Part shown: in pieces, positions 11,276 to 22,357 of the stretch
Layout of the letters: each line of letters opens with the position of its first letter
Numbering within the stretch: position 1 is the stretch's first letter
Assembly (NCBI GenBank): GCA_010405405.1
Contig: MU004238.1
Coordinates: 1,933,530-1,997,529, forward strand
Direction: 5' to 3'
From: Microthyrium microscopicum
Lineage: Eukaryota
Length of the DNA: 64,000 bases
Program-made: the position numbers and the translations under genes
Notes under the pieces: generated by a model
What the model was told of the DNA's origin: nothing
The model's database searches: none
What the model saw: the letters and a program-made list of their open reading frames with translations, nothing else

Positions 11276-13054
11276 TTATCGCTTGAATAGCGGGTTCTGA
11301 TATGTCAACTTACCTGCGGCCGCCTTTCGCTTCTGAACTTTGATGTCGAAACGTTGTTTTTTCTCAGTTGCGAATCTGGCCTCCCAGTACTGACAAAGGT
11401 TTGCCAGGAAACCGTCATAGGTCAAGGATAGTAGAGCTTCAGCATCGAACTGTTCAATCCGATAAGTGCCATCAGAGCTTTGGCTTTTCATGGAGATATT
11501 TGACCATTCTTCCTTCATCTGGGCGAGTATAGAGCCTGCTGATGGTCGCACAGCGTCCGGGCAGTCCTTTGGTTTACTTATTGGGCCCATCATCTTGTGC
11601 ATAAAGTATGATATGGAAGTTGAATATCGCTTGACAGGATAGTCCAGGCCGTGATCTCTTCTGCTTGACCAGTTCCAATCGCAATCCTCAAAGTTCAGAT
11701 GAACTTTTATTGGATTCAGAGGTTGTTGGTTTAGTGCTGCCGGCACATTGATTGCTGGTGAGAGGGATCCATATTCGAGATCTTCCGGTCTACCATGATA
11801 ATAGTCGTTGAGGACCTCACCTAGGTACCGCGGACTTTGCCTTGCCATAATTTGATGGATGCTTCGACCTAGCGACCAAACATCATAAGCTGGACTCATA
11901 AGAGGGTATTCTGGGGCAACATATTTCTCAGTGACGGGTCGGGCTGTGGATGAAGTTTCAGCTTTCGCGAAAATGGCGACTCCAAAATCAGCGAGTACGA
12001 AGCTCCAGCCCTTGATCTCGTGTCCGTAGTTGGGGGTATGATGGACGAGGATGTTTTGCGGCTTCATATCACGATGTATGATAGGAGCCCAGCTTTTGTT
12101 GTTCTCTTTTGCCACACCAGCCCCTGTATGAAGGAAATCCAGCGCAGAAAGGATGTCGATTACACTTTTCCAGACAAGTTCCTCAGGAAACGGAAGCATT
12201 TTCTTTACCCGACCATCGCTTTGATGGATTTCGACTCGGCGGGAGAGGTCGGACAAGTCGCCCATATTATATCGCTTGAAAATCATGGTAGTCCAGAAGT
12301 TGTTGTCGACAGATACATCGAAGAACTCGGCAACGTTCGGGTGACGATGGCCCTTCTCTAAGAATCGCTCGAACCAAGCTCTCTCTCGGTTGTTCTCAAA
12401 CGCTGGTCCCATTTTTAGTACCATTTCCTCACCTTTTCGAGGCATGTTGATGATATGCTTGCCTGCCATGGAATACTTAAAGTACTTACGGAGTTTGTAA
12501 ACCCGACCGTACCCTCCTTCTCCCAGAAGATCTTCGTGAGCCACATTGAAATGTGACAAAAGCTGCCGACGTTGTTTCTCATGAGTGTTGTCCCAGCGAC
12601 CAAGGGTTTTTTCAGTTGTATCACCGTAGAATTTCTCCAATTCTTCGCGGCAACTGAGAGTCTTATGTTTCCAGGTTTCTTCACGTTGAAGATGTTGCTC
12701 GATTTGATCTGTGATTAAATTGTTCCGAGCTGTACGAGGCCAGTACCAATTTTGGAGAGCTTCGCGCTTGTCGAGAACCTCCTCGCTGGTGTCTTCAGGA
12801 TAGGGTCGCTCCGGAGAGACCGCTCGAACCTCGCGTGCTTCGTCCATTGGATCATTATTCGGTAGTGCAAGGTATAGCTTGTCTAGTGGAAAGTAGAACT
12901 CACCAAATTGCGGGCCAGGATTAGCACATGCTGCATCGTTGCTCGTCGTCTGAGCGAAGCTGTCATTGTTGTTATATGCGCAGCTTGCATCGTCATCTGC
13001 TTTGGTACCGTTTGGCTCGTTGGTGAGTAGCTTCGACGATTTAGGAGAGGACAT
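11276..13054 (-). CDS. Divergent Ser/Thr protein kinase (NEK/NIMA-like fungal lineage-specific type); first ATG at 13054, true start uncertain
   Basis: LGEGGYGRVY Gly loop, VLK, HPNVAEF, IIHRDMKPQNIL catalytic loop, LADFG, YVAPE, DVWSLG. Confidence 0.85.
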   Translation of the reverse strand: MSSPKSSKLLTNEPNGTKADDDASCAYNNNDSFAQTTSNDAACANPGPQFGEFYFPLDKLYLALPNNDPMDEAREVRAVSPERPYPEDTSEEVLDKREALQNWYWPRTARNNLITDQIEQHLQREETWKHKTLSCREELEKFYGDTTEKTLGRWDNTHEKQRRQLLSHFNVAHEDLLGEGGYGRVYKLRKYFKYSMAGKHIINMPRKGEEMVLKMGPAFENNRERAWFERFLEKGHRHPNVAEFFDVSVDNNFWTTMIFKRYNMGDLSDLSRRVEIHQSDGRVKKMLPFPEELVWKSVIDILSALDFLHTGAGVAKENNKSWAPIIHRDMKPQNILVHHTPNYGHEIKGWSFVLADFGVAIFAKAETSSTARPVTEKYVAPEYPLMSPAYDVWSLGRSIHQIMARQSPRYLGEVLNDYYHGRPEDLEYGSLSPAINVPAALNQQPLNPIKVHLNFEDCDWNWSSRRDHGLDYPVKRYSTSISYFMHKMMGPISKPKDCPDAVRPSAGSILAQMKEEWSNISMKSQSSDGTYRIEQFDAEALLSLTYDGFLANLCQYWEARFATEKKQRFDIKVQKRKAAAGKLTYQNPLFKR

Positions 13055-14527
13055 CGTAGCCCGTTTTGTGGGTGTAATCGTGGTCGAATACAGCAATGCT
13101 GAGGCTTTGGCGCTGAAGTTTTCAGTACTTTTATTCACCCGAAATAGAAGTTTGGATGTTGATGGCCAATTACGGACTCAACAAGCTTCTCAAGCATAAG
13201 TGGAAAATCCAGCAGAGATACAAAGCCATTGTTGTCTGTGAAGTTGATCTTTATTCTCATTTGATATCTTTGTGGACAAGCATAGGTCTTTGTGAGCACC
13301 TCGTGCCATTGAGAAATCACGTCTGAAACAAAGCCATTGTAGTCCCTCGGAATATATCCTCCAAGCTCCCATAGCTCTTGCTATTTTAGTCTAGCAAGAA
13401 TAATGATTAGATAGGAGAGGGGACGACTGCAGGCAAGTACGGTGGACTTTGGTAAGTAAGACAGACGCTGGCAGGTTTTGATGAGTGCTTGCATTCAGGT
13501 TTTTGGAAATAGGACACTGGTGAGTGATGACAGCGACAATAGAGAATGTGCATAGGTACCTAATTTAGTGCTCAATGTGATCGATCAGCTCTGTCAGTAT
13601 TGAAACTTGTCTTAGCTCCAGAAGCGCCTCAGTAAGATCATCTGCCAACCACTCGCCCTCAAGCCTGGATATCCTAAGCAACAAGTCATATAGGCGTTCG
13701 GAGTAGGTATCTCATGTCGTTACACAGGCACCTGTGCATGTATGTAGCAATTATTCATCACGTGACTCAGCCTCGTCCTCAGCCTTATGCTAGATACACC
13801 TTTTGTATCATCAGACAAAGCAGATGACAAGCGTTACAGATCTGTCTTTAAGAAAGGAATCTAGTTAGAACGCCCACGTATCTGTTAGTCTGAATATCTT
13901 TTACAGAGTCGAGATGCTCATCGGATCAAATACCAAAGTACACCAAATATGCACTTCTCGAAACTGCCTAGGTAGGTACTTAAGGCTTTGATGATTGAAT
14001 GCTTCTGTTTAGCCAGCCCAGTGCGAGCGGATTCGATCAGTTTGATAGTTGCTAGTCACAGCCACGGTGTTATGACTTCTTGAAGGCTATTGGGTAAGTA
14101 ACAACCACCATGGCATGAAGGCACACACCGGTTGTCAACGATTTTGCTTTTCCTACATCGATCAGTAGCTAAGATACTGGATCTCGTGGAATAACAACAC
14201 ACATGCACCTAACGGAGCTTCTTTCTTCCTATACATCCACGTGAGAGTCTCAGGATTAGTTTGGCCTCGAGAGGTACACTAGGTAGCCGAGGAGCTCCTT
14301 TCAAGGACAAAGAGTGTTCTTTCAAGCTTTGTTTGAGCCTTGAGCTTTGCTGGAGCTTTTGTCTATAATCATTGAGATGAAAGAAATGAGCACTGATGCT
14401 GCCCCCGTTATAAGTTGTTCCTTGACAGCAAACGCTCTCTTGAAATTTCTCGAGCTATATTCGTGATTGTGTTCCGACTTTTCATTTACAATTTAGCAAT
14501 ATCCCTTATCAACACTACATCATTAGA

Positions 14528-17500
14528 ATGGCCCCAGCAACTCGAAAAAGGGTTACAAATGGCCAGGAAGTTATTTACATCAGTTCACACGTGCTGCCAA
14601 CAGGTAAGAACATTCCCAACCGCATATCATCCGCATAAATTGCATTCCCAAGGTCTATGGTACGGTGCAGAAGCCCGTTCTGCTCGTCGAGTTTTCTGAT
14701 TCAAATACTTTTGATACCTACCTAGGTACATTATTGGTATCAGACAGGCGACAGAGCCAGATGCCGGAGCCATTGATGGCCATAGCTATTATAGAACCGT
14801 CCATTACTTTGCACAAAGTTGTGTAGCAATTTGCACTAACATAGTCTAGGTCGACTTCCTACTGCAGCTCAAGCCAGACAACTGTTGAATAACGAATGGG
14901 GAGGTCGGTACGCCACCAATCCTCCACCGGCTCGTACTTTGGCAGCACGACAAGCAGCTGCTGCAAGAACTGCCCGAGGGAGAGCAGTACGAGCAGCTCG
15001 CCGGGCAGCACTCGCGGCCGTACCCCAAATCCTAGCAGCACCCCAAGCGCCAGCAGCACCCCAAGTACCAGCAGCACCCCAAGTACCAGCAGCACCCCAA
15101 GTACCAGCAGCACCCCAAGTACCAGAAGTGCCAGAAGTGCCAAGTCCAGACCCGTTTACTCAAAATATACGTGCCGCCGACTTCCTTTTTGAAAACGGCG
15201 GCTTCCCTCATGTCGAGTGGCAACCATATGTGGATCGCCCACCAATACTTTCAGATCTTCCACAAGAAGATATAGTCATGGACCCAGACATTGCGCTGGT
15301 CTCTCCAGTGAAGAATGGTGATAGCGATCCAGTCCAGCGATCCAAACATGAAGCAGTCAGAGCGCACAAAAGATCAAGGATAATGAGCAACATATACTAT
15401 AGGAATTTCAACAACATTATCATTCAAAAAGATTATGATCAGCTAGGGCCACACTTACTGCCTTCATGGTCGGCAGACAGGATAACTGCGCTCGTGGTTA
15501 GAAGAAACGCTAATAGAAAGAAGCTTGACAGATGGTATAGGCATAGAGAGTCTAGAAGACGAGAAATACTGGCTAGCTTTGACATTCCCAGCGCTAGAAT
15601 ACTTCAAACCGCTAACAAAGGAGGCTTTGGGTAAGACATTTCCTGGGGTGCAACTATATCAGCGTGAAAGTTTTCGATGAATAGCTGAAATGCTAATCTT
15701 GGAAATTGCGAATGATTTGCAATTTCAGTAGATGATTATTTCCTATTTAGCGCTGGCTGAGATCACATCCTCCATGAATGCCATGATATTATGCTGACAA
15801 CTTCATTAGACAGGTCTATGCCAAACTAGTCCCGGGTACTACCACCATACACGCGGTAAAAATTGGATATAAAAAAGAAACTCAGAGAGAATTGCACTGG
15901 CTTAGGCGCCTCGCGCAACATAATCATCCCAATATTGCCTCCGTAGTACGCGAAAGTCAAAACGATGTGTGGTCCATCATGGAATCTGTCTGGGGTGATT
16001 ATGGAGATCTTTGGAACTTCGGCAGGGCATACACGACCCATGAACCTGCTCAAATGACGGTCTTGGAGGAAAGGCCCCGTCACGCCCTTAGACTCAGTAT
16101 TGAAGAGTCCCAACGCTCCATTCTCCACTCCATTGAAGAGGAGATTGCATGGGACATGATGAAGCAACTTCTACAGGGACTGGCTTTCTTGCACGTCGGC
16201 TTAAGGGAAGATGGAACAGTAATACCAGGCTGGAGCCCAATTCTACATTTCGATATCAAGCCAAATAACATCTTCGTTTACTGTCGTCCTAAGGCAGAAG
16301 CAGGGAAAAGCAATTTGAGGTTCGTTATTGCCGACTTTGGCTTAGCCGACTTCAAAGGTGCGGAGCTTTACCTGCCCTCAACTACACAGTATCTTGCTCC
16401 AGAGTATGCGAGGGACAGAACCGCTGGCGAATGCTCGGATGTTTTCGCCCTAGCGTGTTCCTTTCATGAAGTTTTGAGCGGCTTTCCAGCACGATACAAG
16501 GCACATGACCTTATGAGCGCAATCCATCAGCGTGTTGTGGACCATTTCACAAGGGAGAAAGCTCAGCTGTTGCAACCATTAAATCTGGTGCCGATAGACT
16601 CACCACTTAACCATAGACAGCACTTTGTAAATGGACACTATTATTCCAATACAACACACGACCTGCCAGCCAGTTATGGAATGTTCGGTACCAACTTCAG
16701 ACCTCGAGAGTATAGTTCTGCTCTCAGCTATCATATGATGTTACTTTTTGGAGACATCGAAGTTGAGAATGAAATTCCGAAACGACCGACAGCTCAAGAG
16801 GCTCTTTCAAGCCTAGAGACCACGATGGGACAGATCGAGAAATATGCATCGGACAATGGGTTCACATTTACCGAGGCGGCAATGGATTGGGATAGGAAAA
16901 ATGACGATTTGCGGAACCTTCAGCGTAACCATATGGTCAAAAACCAAATAGAGAGTGCAAAGCTTTACCGGTGGCTCCGAATCCACCAAATTTCATTCGG
17001 TGGCAACGCTAATGTGGGCATGATCACCCCAGAATTGATTTGTCCGTCTTATACTTACTATACCGAGCATTATGCCCCATCTGCCGAGATCATATGGGGA
17101 AAATCTCAGACTTTGCCAGCAGGCCTTCCACACCCAGTAAGTGGTCAGTACCAAGACGAGTATGATCCGCATAAACGTAGGGGCATATCTGCAAGGCTCA
17201 GCATGAGTCCATCACCTCCAGCAAATGCTGTAGGAGGACAGACGACCACCAACACTGTACGAAATCTGGCACCAGGGCAGGACGGCAATGGCGGAGGCCA
17301 AGAACAAGATGAAGTCCGGCCTTCGACAGAACATGCCGATGAGACTGATGGTTTTACTCCGCAGGCAGGGAAAGGGCCAGCCATTGATCCTCAACTTGTT
17401 CAAATACAGCCGGCTGCTCCCGGGCCACTGGGTCAACAAGTTGCGGGTGCGGCACCACAGCCAGACGCAAGACACCATGGGGGCACAACACCATCAAATA

Positions 17501-17538
17501 GACCGCCATATTCACCCTTGTCTCCTCCGGTTTTGTAG
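14528..17538 (+). CDS. Second divergent Ser/Thr kinase with long Ala/Pro-rich N-terminus; spliced model (introns ~14604-14849 and 15631-15809)
   Basis: Removing GTAAGA(15631)...GCTGAC...TAG(15809) joins the 14885-15634 and 15892-17538 ORFs and rebuilds NKGGFGQVY..HAVK. Downstream are HPNIAS, ILHFDIKPNNIF, IADFG, YLAPE and DVFALA. The first exon (ATG 14528) is less certain. Confidence 0.78.
15035..15142 (+). repeat. Coding minisatellite: 5 x 18 bp (AAPQVP) followed by 2 x 9 bp (EVP)
   Basis: gcagcaccccaagtacca repeated over 15035-15124 (first copy variant), then gaagtgcca x2. Confidence 0.95.
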
Positions 17539-17986
17539 TGATATTGTCGAGCCTCAGGATCTAATCTGGGGCTATCCAATGCAGGTCAAAGAATCTGGAC
17601 CATAAAGTGCTTACTTAATAGAGGACTCGTCATATCTGTATGCGTACGATTAGCTTTGTTGAATAAAACGCTGAGAGCTGGTTTCTCGCTTGTACATACT
17701 AGGCAATGCCCTTTGAGTTCATGTGCGCTGCTTTCAAAATCTGTTCATTGTTTCCGGAGCTGCAATCTTTGCATGCCCATATCTTTGAGTCAATCCTACG
17801 TAGCTCCAAGTTCGGCCATGAGCACCAGCTCGGGTACTAGCCCAAGAGTAATACAGAGCAATCCAAGAATGGGGAGGTCACCATTTCAGTCCGCAGCAAG
17901 AGAGGTATATGAATTATGTAATTCAGAATAAGAAGGCATAAGAGGGCAATGATGGGATATCTTAATATTATGGACTTCTCGCTTAT

Positions 17987-18898
17987 TCAGCCAACGCTGA
18001 AGCTTTCTCCACAGCCGCATTGATCAGCTAAAGATATATTAGCATAGTCCGCGATTGACTGTATCGCCATCAACTTACTAATATTCGGATTCCTGAACGT
18101 GAACCGCGCACTAAGCTTGTCCTCAACCCAGTCCATCTCACTGCCAATAACCTTGATCAGCGCCTTGCTGTCGATCAGAACTTTTACGCCATCTTGTTCT
18201 ACCTGCTCATCGAATTTTGCAGGCTTATCAACATATTCCAGACTGTACGCCGATCCGGAGCAGCCTTTGTTCTTAACTCCCACGCGTATGAGTTTCGGAT
18301 CTGGCGAATCTAACAGTTGCCGCAAATGTTCTACCGCCGTGGGAGTCAATGTCATGGCCGCTTTCCGAGCCCTTAATCTGGACTTTCCTGCTGGTCTAGT
18401 AGAGGGCGCCAAACTCTTTGTCGGTTGATATACAGGTTTTGTCTGTTGTGCTTCCTGTTCCGATATAGAAGCAGTCTGATCTGCTTGGGTCGCACTGATG
18501 GCACTCTCCGGTACTGGTGGGGCTCTACCTGGCCAGGACTTGTCCGGAGGTCTTGCATCACCTTCCAACCCGCCTGCTATTGAGCTTTCTGGTACTCCAA
18601 CATTGCGCGCTGAAGGAGGCGAGGTGTCTAATGTCTTAGGGCGGTAGGCGGCAGAGCTTTCTGTCATCAGCTGCCTTTTGGAGCTGGATCGGATTTGTGA
18701 GAAGCTAGAAAAGGCTCGGACAGAAGTTCGCTGGCAATGAGAGCAAACATGTATCCTCAAGTGCCTGGATTTGTTTTGCCACGATGATGCGGGTAACGTT
18801 GAAGATCCGAGGCGAGCGGTAGGAGGAATGGCGTGGATGGATGAGGACGACGTCGTTCGCAGGGCATTCAACGCTCTCGTTGTGCGTATTGTAGCCAT
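17987..18898 (-). CDS. ISA1: Mitochondrial iron-sulfur cluster assembly protein Isa1 (HesB/IscA family); 51-nt intron 18028-18078
   Basis: Arg/Ser-rich presequence, RVGVKNKGCSGSAY and a C-terminal CGCGESF. GTAAGT...GCTAAT...TAG intron lies just before the last motif. Confidence 0.93.
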   Translation of the reverse strand: MATIRTTRALNALRTTSSSSIHAIPPTARLGSSTLPASSWQNKSRHLRIHVCSHCQRTSVRAFSSFSQIRSSSKRQLMTESSAAYRPKTLDTSPPSARNVGVPESSIAGGLEGDARPPDKSWPGRAPPVPESAISATQADQTASISEQEAQQTKPVYQPTKSLAPSTRPAGKSRLRARKAAMTLTPTAVEHLRQLLDSPDPKLIRVGVKNKGCSGSAYSLEYVDKPAKFDEQVEQDGVKVLIDSKALIKVIGSEMDWVEDKLSARFTFRNPNISKLMAIQSIADYANISLADQCGCGESFSVG

Positions 18899-20481
18899 AG
18901 TACCGTATGAGGTTTGTGGAGGAAGATCTAGGTGTCGTTGGTCTTTTGTACAATGAAGAGTGACGCAGCAGTAAAGATGCGGTTGTTGTTGTAAAAGCCG
19001 GAAAGGGCCGGGCGGCCCGAGTGACCAATCAAATGTCGATTTTTGGTCATCCTGCTTACTAATGACCCTCCTCTACCATGTCATTCCTAATGTTCTGAAT
19101 ACCTTCCTCCAGACCACTGCTGCATTAAATCTTCAGCACAACATTCTCCATAGATCCAACGCGGTCACCTCGCGCATATGCTGACCTTACAGATCTTGCC
19201 CATCTAATCATCAATGGCCAACAGCACGATCTCTGACATTCTCTGTTAAGTGGAGCTTGACAATCTGCGGCCTGTTGCTACATTCATACGTCCACATGGA
19301 AAATCTCAAGATCTAGATATCGTATTCAGGGCTCAAAACCATTTAACGATGAAAAACTGCAGTTGTTGTTTCACGCCCTGAACAAGTCGTTGCCTTCCTG
19401 ACGCATTTCGAAAGTTCACAATAGAAGTACCTTCCTTCATAGAAGACGACGAGATACATAAGAAACGGCTATGATTTCCAGAAATTGTCATATGAGATAT
19501 TTCCAAGGCCTCAGTTGTTTCTAGCAGTCTGTACGATTGCTGCCGCACGGACTATATAAAATTGCTTGAGTCGTCTAGAACTTTGAAGCTAGACTAAAAT
19601 AGTCATGACCATCAACCTTAATTTTACTCCTGTCTTCATTTGCTTCTCATCCTCCTCGCCGTTTCTACACGATCAATTGATAAAGGTTTTCCGAAACCCA
19701 TCTAGCGCTCGCTCGAGGCTGATACAAGCTACATTGTACTTGGCCTTGAGAGGCTGCGTTACAACCATTGGTGCTTCCCATGTCAGCCTTGGCCCTTGGG
19801 CCTGCGCCTCCACCTGCCTGTCCAGGTGCGGACATGCAGGACATTTGATGAAGCCCCCTAACATCCATCTTCATGATAAAGTTACAGTCTTCGCCTATAA
19901 AAGCATTCTGCACAATATCTGCTTAATGAGTCCCAAACTTTCGAACATGATTGAAACTCATTTGTTCTGAGGAAATATATGCCAAGCGCTGGTCAGCCTG
20001 TCAGGCAAGGTACACCAACGAGATTCCTCGAAATTGGCCCCACAGTGATAGCGCAACAACACGTAAGGCTGCCTTGGCTGCCTACCATTCAGAAATCTCC
20101 AAGAACTTTCAGCCATTATTCGCTGCGTTCGTGGATCATTAGCCCTCGCACTGCTTTCGGAAACCTTGAGGAGATAACGGTGACAGATTTCTTATGGTTG
20201 CAGTAACTTGACGTCGCACCCATCTCATGATCTCAACAAACATTTCATCTTGATGTAGCCTAAAGGCCATCTTTCAACCGGCATCTCAGATATCTTTCAC
20301 TCCCAACTCCCCATCGCTGTCTGGATCAGCAAAAAATTGGAATAACGGATGTTAACATTCCCCTCGAGAGCCTTCTCAACATATTTTCCACCAATCCTGG
20401 TCAGCCCAGGACATAACCGTCTACGGCTAACCCATCTTCATCTCCATCCATAGAGAGGATTAATTGCTTCATAGCTGCTCA

Positions 20482-22137
20482 ATGGGCTCATCATCCTGTA
20501 CAGCAGGATGTCTATGCCAGTACAAGGGTTACACGCTCTTCATCAATTCGAGCGCCTCAGAACCGCGCCCGTTGTACGTTATAGGCACGGAATGGCAAAT
20601 TTTCCACCAAAAACAACTCAATCACGTCGTCTCCCAGGCCGGGTTCACAACAATTGATAACAAGGATGTTACCACTTATGGCATCATTCCAAATTGTGGA
20701 TGGAAACAACTTTCCTCTGTAAAGACCTTGGGAGTGCGTCGGGGTACCTTTGGGATCCAAAATTTTACAAGCAAACTCCCGCGAGGCCCTCCGGACGATT
20801 ATCAGACAGTCAATTCTCTGCTGAGCGAGTCGTATCCATTTGTCGAAATTACGCTCATAGTTTCTATCCTACTTGGGCCAATTCTCCTCTTTTTCATGCT
20901 CATTCCCTTTACACTCGCCGAAGGTAGAGTCAACCGATCTCACTGGGCCCGGACAGATCGACGAACTCTCAAAGAAATACGCACTTCTGGGAAAAAGGAA
21001 ACGTCAAAGCCAAGGCCACAAAACCCAACTTCAATTTCTCCTCGGAAAGCCCCTGCTTTTCAGCCTCCCAACGACTACCGATTATATCTTCTCGGTCTCC
21101 CAGATGAATTGCAGCTTATGATTATAAATTACGTCGACTATGAGAACGCCATTATTCTTCGAAGTACATGCAAATATTACGAAGGGTTCATCACTCCGAA
21201 ATTTCTCGCGGAGATCCGGAGTTCTCACAACGAAGAAGCAATACGCTGGGAACAGCGTCCAAAGCTGAGGCAGATAGAACCCGAAGATCCACCACATAAC
21301 GTCCATACAGACTCGCTTTATTGTTCTCGTTGTGACCTACCACGGCCCACATCCACGTTCCAGGTCAGCAGTCACTCCTGGGAGCCCACCATACGAGTCT
21401 GCTTGCCATGCAATTACGCAACCGGCGCATACACACAAGGCTTCACAACGTTGGCCAGCAAACTCAACACACAATACTATCGCACAGCCCAGAAGTATTT
21501 CAACTTTTGCGGTATCTGCCAGAGCTGCTCAGACCAAGCCCAGACCAGCGTCAATGCTTATCACACATGTCAGACGTGCAGCAAATCTCTCCGATCAGTG
21601 TATGAGCAGCCTCATTCACCAGCTCTGACATGTTTCATCTTTGAAATAATTGCTTGGGGTCTGGCGTGCACTGGTAACCTTCCAAGTCATACCTGGGCTT
21701 GGGGATCGATCACTGGGCTCTTTTGGCTGTCATTGCTGCATGTGTTCCATGTCCTCGTCTCTGGTCCCAACTGGAACGACCCGAACTACCCAGTACACAA
21801 ACGCCTGGGCTTCTTCTACCTTGTTCCTGTAGGGAGCATTGTCCTCTGCGTGTCTTGGCTGGGAGTTGGTGCAGGTATGATTTATGAGTCTGCAGTCCTG
21901 AAGCCCGAGGGGTTTTATCACTATGACAGCTATAGCTTAGCTACGATTTTCTTTTGCATTGCAATTGGTTTGCTCTGGTGGTATGGCTGCTGGAGGCAAG
22001 GCAAAGCCTACGTTCACTATAGAGCATTGAAGAAGGCGGCACCGCGAGTGGATAAGAAGGCGCTCGCGCGAATGCTTATAGAAAATCACGAGGTGAAGAC
22101 ATTCATGGAGTCGGACTCTATGATAGTGAACGTCTAG
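20482..22137 (+). CDS. Membrane-associated F-box protein with Cys-rich region; start uncertain
   Basis: F-box-like LLGLPDELQLMIINYVDYENAIILRSTCKYY, one hydrophobic segment before it and about four after, several CxxC pairs (CSRC, CLPC, CQSC, CQTC). Confidence 0.7.
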   Translation: MGSSSCTAGCLCQYKGYTLFINSSASEPRPLYVIGTEWQIFHQKQLNHVVSQAGFTTIDNKDVTTYGIIPNCGWKQLSSVKTLGVRRGTFGIQNFTSKLPRGPPDDYQTVNSLLSESYPFVEITLIVSILLGPILLFFMLIPFTLAEGRVNRSHWARTDRRTLKEIRTSGKKETSKPRPQNPTSISPRKAPAFQPPNDYRLYLLGLPDELQLMIINYVDYENAIILRSTCKYYEGFITPKFLAEIRSSHNEEAIRWEQRPKLRQIEPEDPPHNVHTDSLYCSRCDLPRPTSTFQVSSHSWEPTIRVCLPCNYATGAYTQGFTTLASKLNTQYYRTAQKYFNFCGICQSCSDQAQTSVNAYHTCQTCSKSLRSVYEQPHSPALTCFIFEIIAWGLACTGNLPSHTWAWGSITGLFWLSLLHVFHVLVSGPNWNDPNYPVHKRLGFFYLVPVGSIVLCVSWLGVGAGMIYESAVLKPEGFYHYDSYSLATIFFCIAIGLLWWYGCWRQGKAYVHYRALKKAAPRVDKKALARMLIENHEVKTFMESDSMIVNV

Positions 22138-22357
22138 ACGATGCTCGCAGTTGGAGCCCATGGCAGCTCTTAGCTTGCTCCCTTCTCAAATCTGTTGCCG
22201 AATATAATTACTGTCTTCACTTGGTTGAAAGGGTTATCTTTGCTGGCTTTTCAGCAGCATGTATTCACAGTTACCAGGCAAACATCCGCTCCATGTAAAA
22301 CCGTTGCCCACGTCCACAATGTTTTAACGACTGTATGATTTCTGATCATCATGCCAA

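Noticed and set aside
13113..13138. 26-nt GT..AG interval that would fuse the upstream 13135-13320 frame to the first kinase
   Set aside because: Too short for a normal fungal intron and the donor is weak; the frame match has a 1-in-3 chance.
13550..14730. Recurrent TAGGTA/TACCTA palindromic motifs (also near 35295, 44968, 57176)
   Set aside because: Common low-complexity intergenic motif in filamentous ascomycetes; no specific function supportable.
14859..15223. Hydrophobic (LLVLGV)n and (WYLGCC)n ORFs on the - strand
   Set aside because: Alternative-frame readings of the 18-bp minisatellite in the kinase gene.
15630..15813. Possible spliceosomal twin intron (stwintron) in the second kinase
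   Set aside because: Two-step splicing gives a poor external donor (GTAGAT) and does not restore the kinase frame.
19300..20210. Short overlapping ORFs between ISA1 and the F-box gene
   Set aside because: No recognisable motif or consistent splice model; may be a decayed gene but unsupported.
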